A model generated the notes under the pieces. That model was not told the origin of the DNA. It ran no database searches and worked only from the letters and a program-made list of their open reading frames with translations. A stretch of DNA of 64,000 nt from Fimbriosthenelais zetlandica. Its lineage: Eukaryota. Of the stretch, positions 62,313-64,000 are shown piece after piece. Location: positions 39,556,001 through 39,620,000 of the forward strand of contig OZ365113.1 of the NCBI GenBank assembly GCA_977030845.1, read 5' to 3'. Numbering within the stretch: the first letter of the stretch is position 1; each line of letters starts with the position of its first letter. The translations under genes and the position numbers were made by a program.

Positions 62313-64000
62313 GCTGGGAGATCCTGTACCACATAAAACAGGTTGTGTTGATGATCATTGTAAAGAGTCAGTAAAATTGGAGCCAACAGCCTGCTCCCAC
62401 CAGTGAAAAGATCTTATAATTATGATCAAGGTGGAAGGCATAGACTTGTCCGAGACTAGGTACATAGCGAAAATATTATTTCCAAAGCAATGCCATGGGT
62501 GGTATCCCGAGAGGCAAAGTTAGTAAACTCGATAATTAAGGGTTGATGACATCTATGATGACACTCTATAAAATCAGAATAAGGTTGTACCTGAGGCAAT
62601 TTTATAAGGAGACATGAGCAACTGGGGATCATTCCATCGCAGAATTATCATAAACCCCAGTCATGCACTTTTTAACTAGTTTGTTTCTTGTATTGATGGT
62701 CTTAGACCAATCTAAGCTGGCGTGGTGTCAGAGTTGTAGTGAGCACATGTTGTAGACCCTGGAGTTGGGTTCACTGTGTAGATGATGCCCAGTGACCACC
62801 TGTGCCGCTATCACGCGACCAGCCACTGACCACCACGCGGTGGATATGTGCAGGTAATAGTGACCATCTCAAGACTGGTCTGCAAGTTCACTTAAATGGT
62901 CACAAACACGCTATATATGTATAGACCTGCTGGTCACTTCCATATGTACTCATTAAATCTTAAATACATTGATGTCAAAAGGTAGTATAAAAGACTAGAT
63001 TGTCTCACTATCCTGGTCAATTGATTTCCGTTCGGATTGCTATGCATGTATGGATCCTGCAGGGTGTAAACCAATGGCAGCAGGAAATGCCTTTTGACAG
63101 TAATTAGCTGTGATTAGTATAATTTTATCCCAGCATTTTATGTTGGCTTCGATATGCCAAGTCATCCTTTATGACAACCAGAATAATAGTTACAATAGCT
63201 GTGAGGAATTAAGTTTCTAATTCGCAGTAACATTTTTAAGCAAACAAATTGTGAAAAATATGTACAATATTGAAGATAAATTGTGACAGGTGAAAAGAAG
63301 GCATATTGTTAGGCCCAAGCACGTATCGGACGTTGTTTTTGATCCAGACATAGTTTCATTTCTTTTACAGACAATTTACAATTTCATTGGAAGACCTCTA
63401 ATTGAGAAATGAGCAGATACATTATTGGCCAATTTTATACTGTGACGACTGACATTGCCCCAGGTCATAAGGCGCGTGTCCATGTGCCCTAAACAACCCT
63501 TGTGCCGAGAAGAGTTGAAATTTTCCTTGTTGGCATCTTTGCTTCTGGCACTTCAAGGATGAACTTTTCACCCAAAGCTACACCATTGCACCCACAAACA
63601 AAAGGCAGAGTGATAACTGAAGCAGGGGGTCATGGTGGGCTGGGTACAAAAGTTAAACTTCCGTGCGTTCAGGTAATTAAGAGGAGCTGGTGCTTGTGCT
63701 GCTTTGACCATCTTACCTGAAAGCTTCCCCTGTGCTCGGGTAAAGGGTATTTAGCGCTCAGTATATACGCTACAATATTATTAGGCTACATTTCAATGTG
63801 TATTACTGAATTGAACCAAGCACGCTTAAAACGAATTGTGGACTTATTCCTGGCCATTCAGAGTATAGGGATTAGTTAGAAATGGACGAACAAGCGAACG
63901 ATAACGGTAATCTACATATGTCGCTTGGTCGATGCTCTGGTGGTAGCCCTTCTCTAATATAATTTAGTAGTAAACTTACCTTCTATGTTCTACATGTAAT

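Noticed and set aside
63497-63535. AAG-ATG-CCA start on the minus strand resembling the Snail start context
   Set aside because: Translates MPTRKIST, not SNAG; no finger exon nearby, so there is no fourth paralog.
63973-63982. Perfect AG|GTAAGT donor on the minus strand at the window edge
   Set aside because: Only about 20 nt of possible exon is visible, and such a match is expected by chance in 64 kb.
1-64000. CRISPR arrays, tRNA, rRNA or snRNA genes, autonomous transposons
   Set aside because: The repeats are spacer-less tandem minisatellites in eukaryotic DNA. I found no cloverleaf/A-B box pair, rRNA signature or transposase/RT ORF.

Overview
Animal genomic DNA, probably a bilaterian invertebrate (taxon not determinable from sequence alone). 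It holds a head-to-tail cluster of three Snail-family C2H2 transcription-factor genes, all on the minus strand. Each has an N-terminal SNAG motif in a short coding exon 1, one phase-1 GT-AG intron, and a large exon 2 ending in five Snail-type zinc fingers. Paralog A: join(4439..4607, 2851..4004), 440 aa. Paralog B: join(21739..21982, 19876..21443), 603 aa. Paralog C: join(43891..44203, 40771..42635), 725 aa. I built these models by hand and checked splice sites and frame. The N-terminal and middle regions do not align between paralogs, yet the ZF2-ZF5 coding DNA is almost identical: B and C match at 238 of 239 nt. A matches both in long perfect blocks broken by one 19-bp divergent island. This points to gene conversion restricted to the DNA-binding domain and is the most striking signal here. 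The paralogs carry different candidate co-repressor and degron motifs, including an eh1-like FSISKLM in B and tandem and RSP repeats in C. I can support no other protein-coding gene. The other ~58 kb is non-coding, with a 264-bp MITE, an 80-bp Tc1-like mini-element, several minisatellites, candidate CTCF, CRE, Su(H) and E-box sites, and a marked excess of the palindromes TAGGCCTA and TACATGTA.
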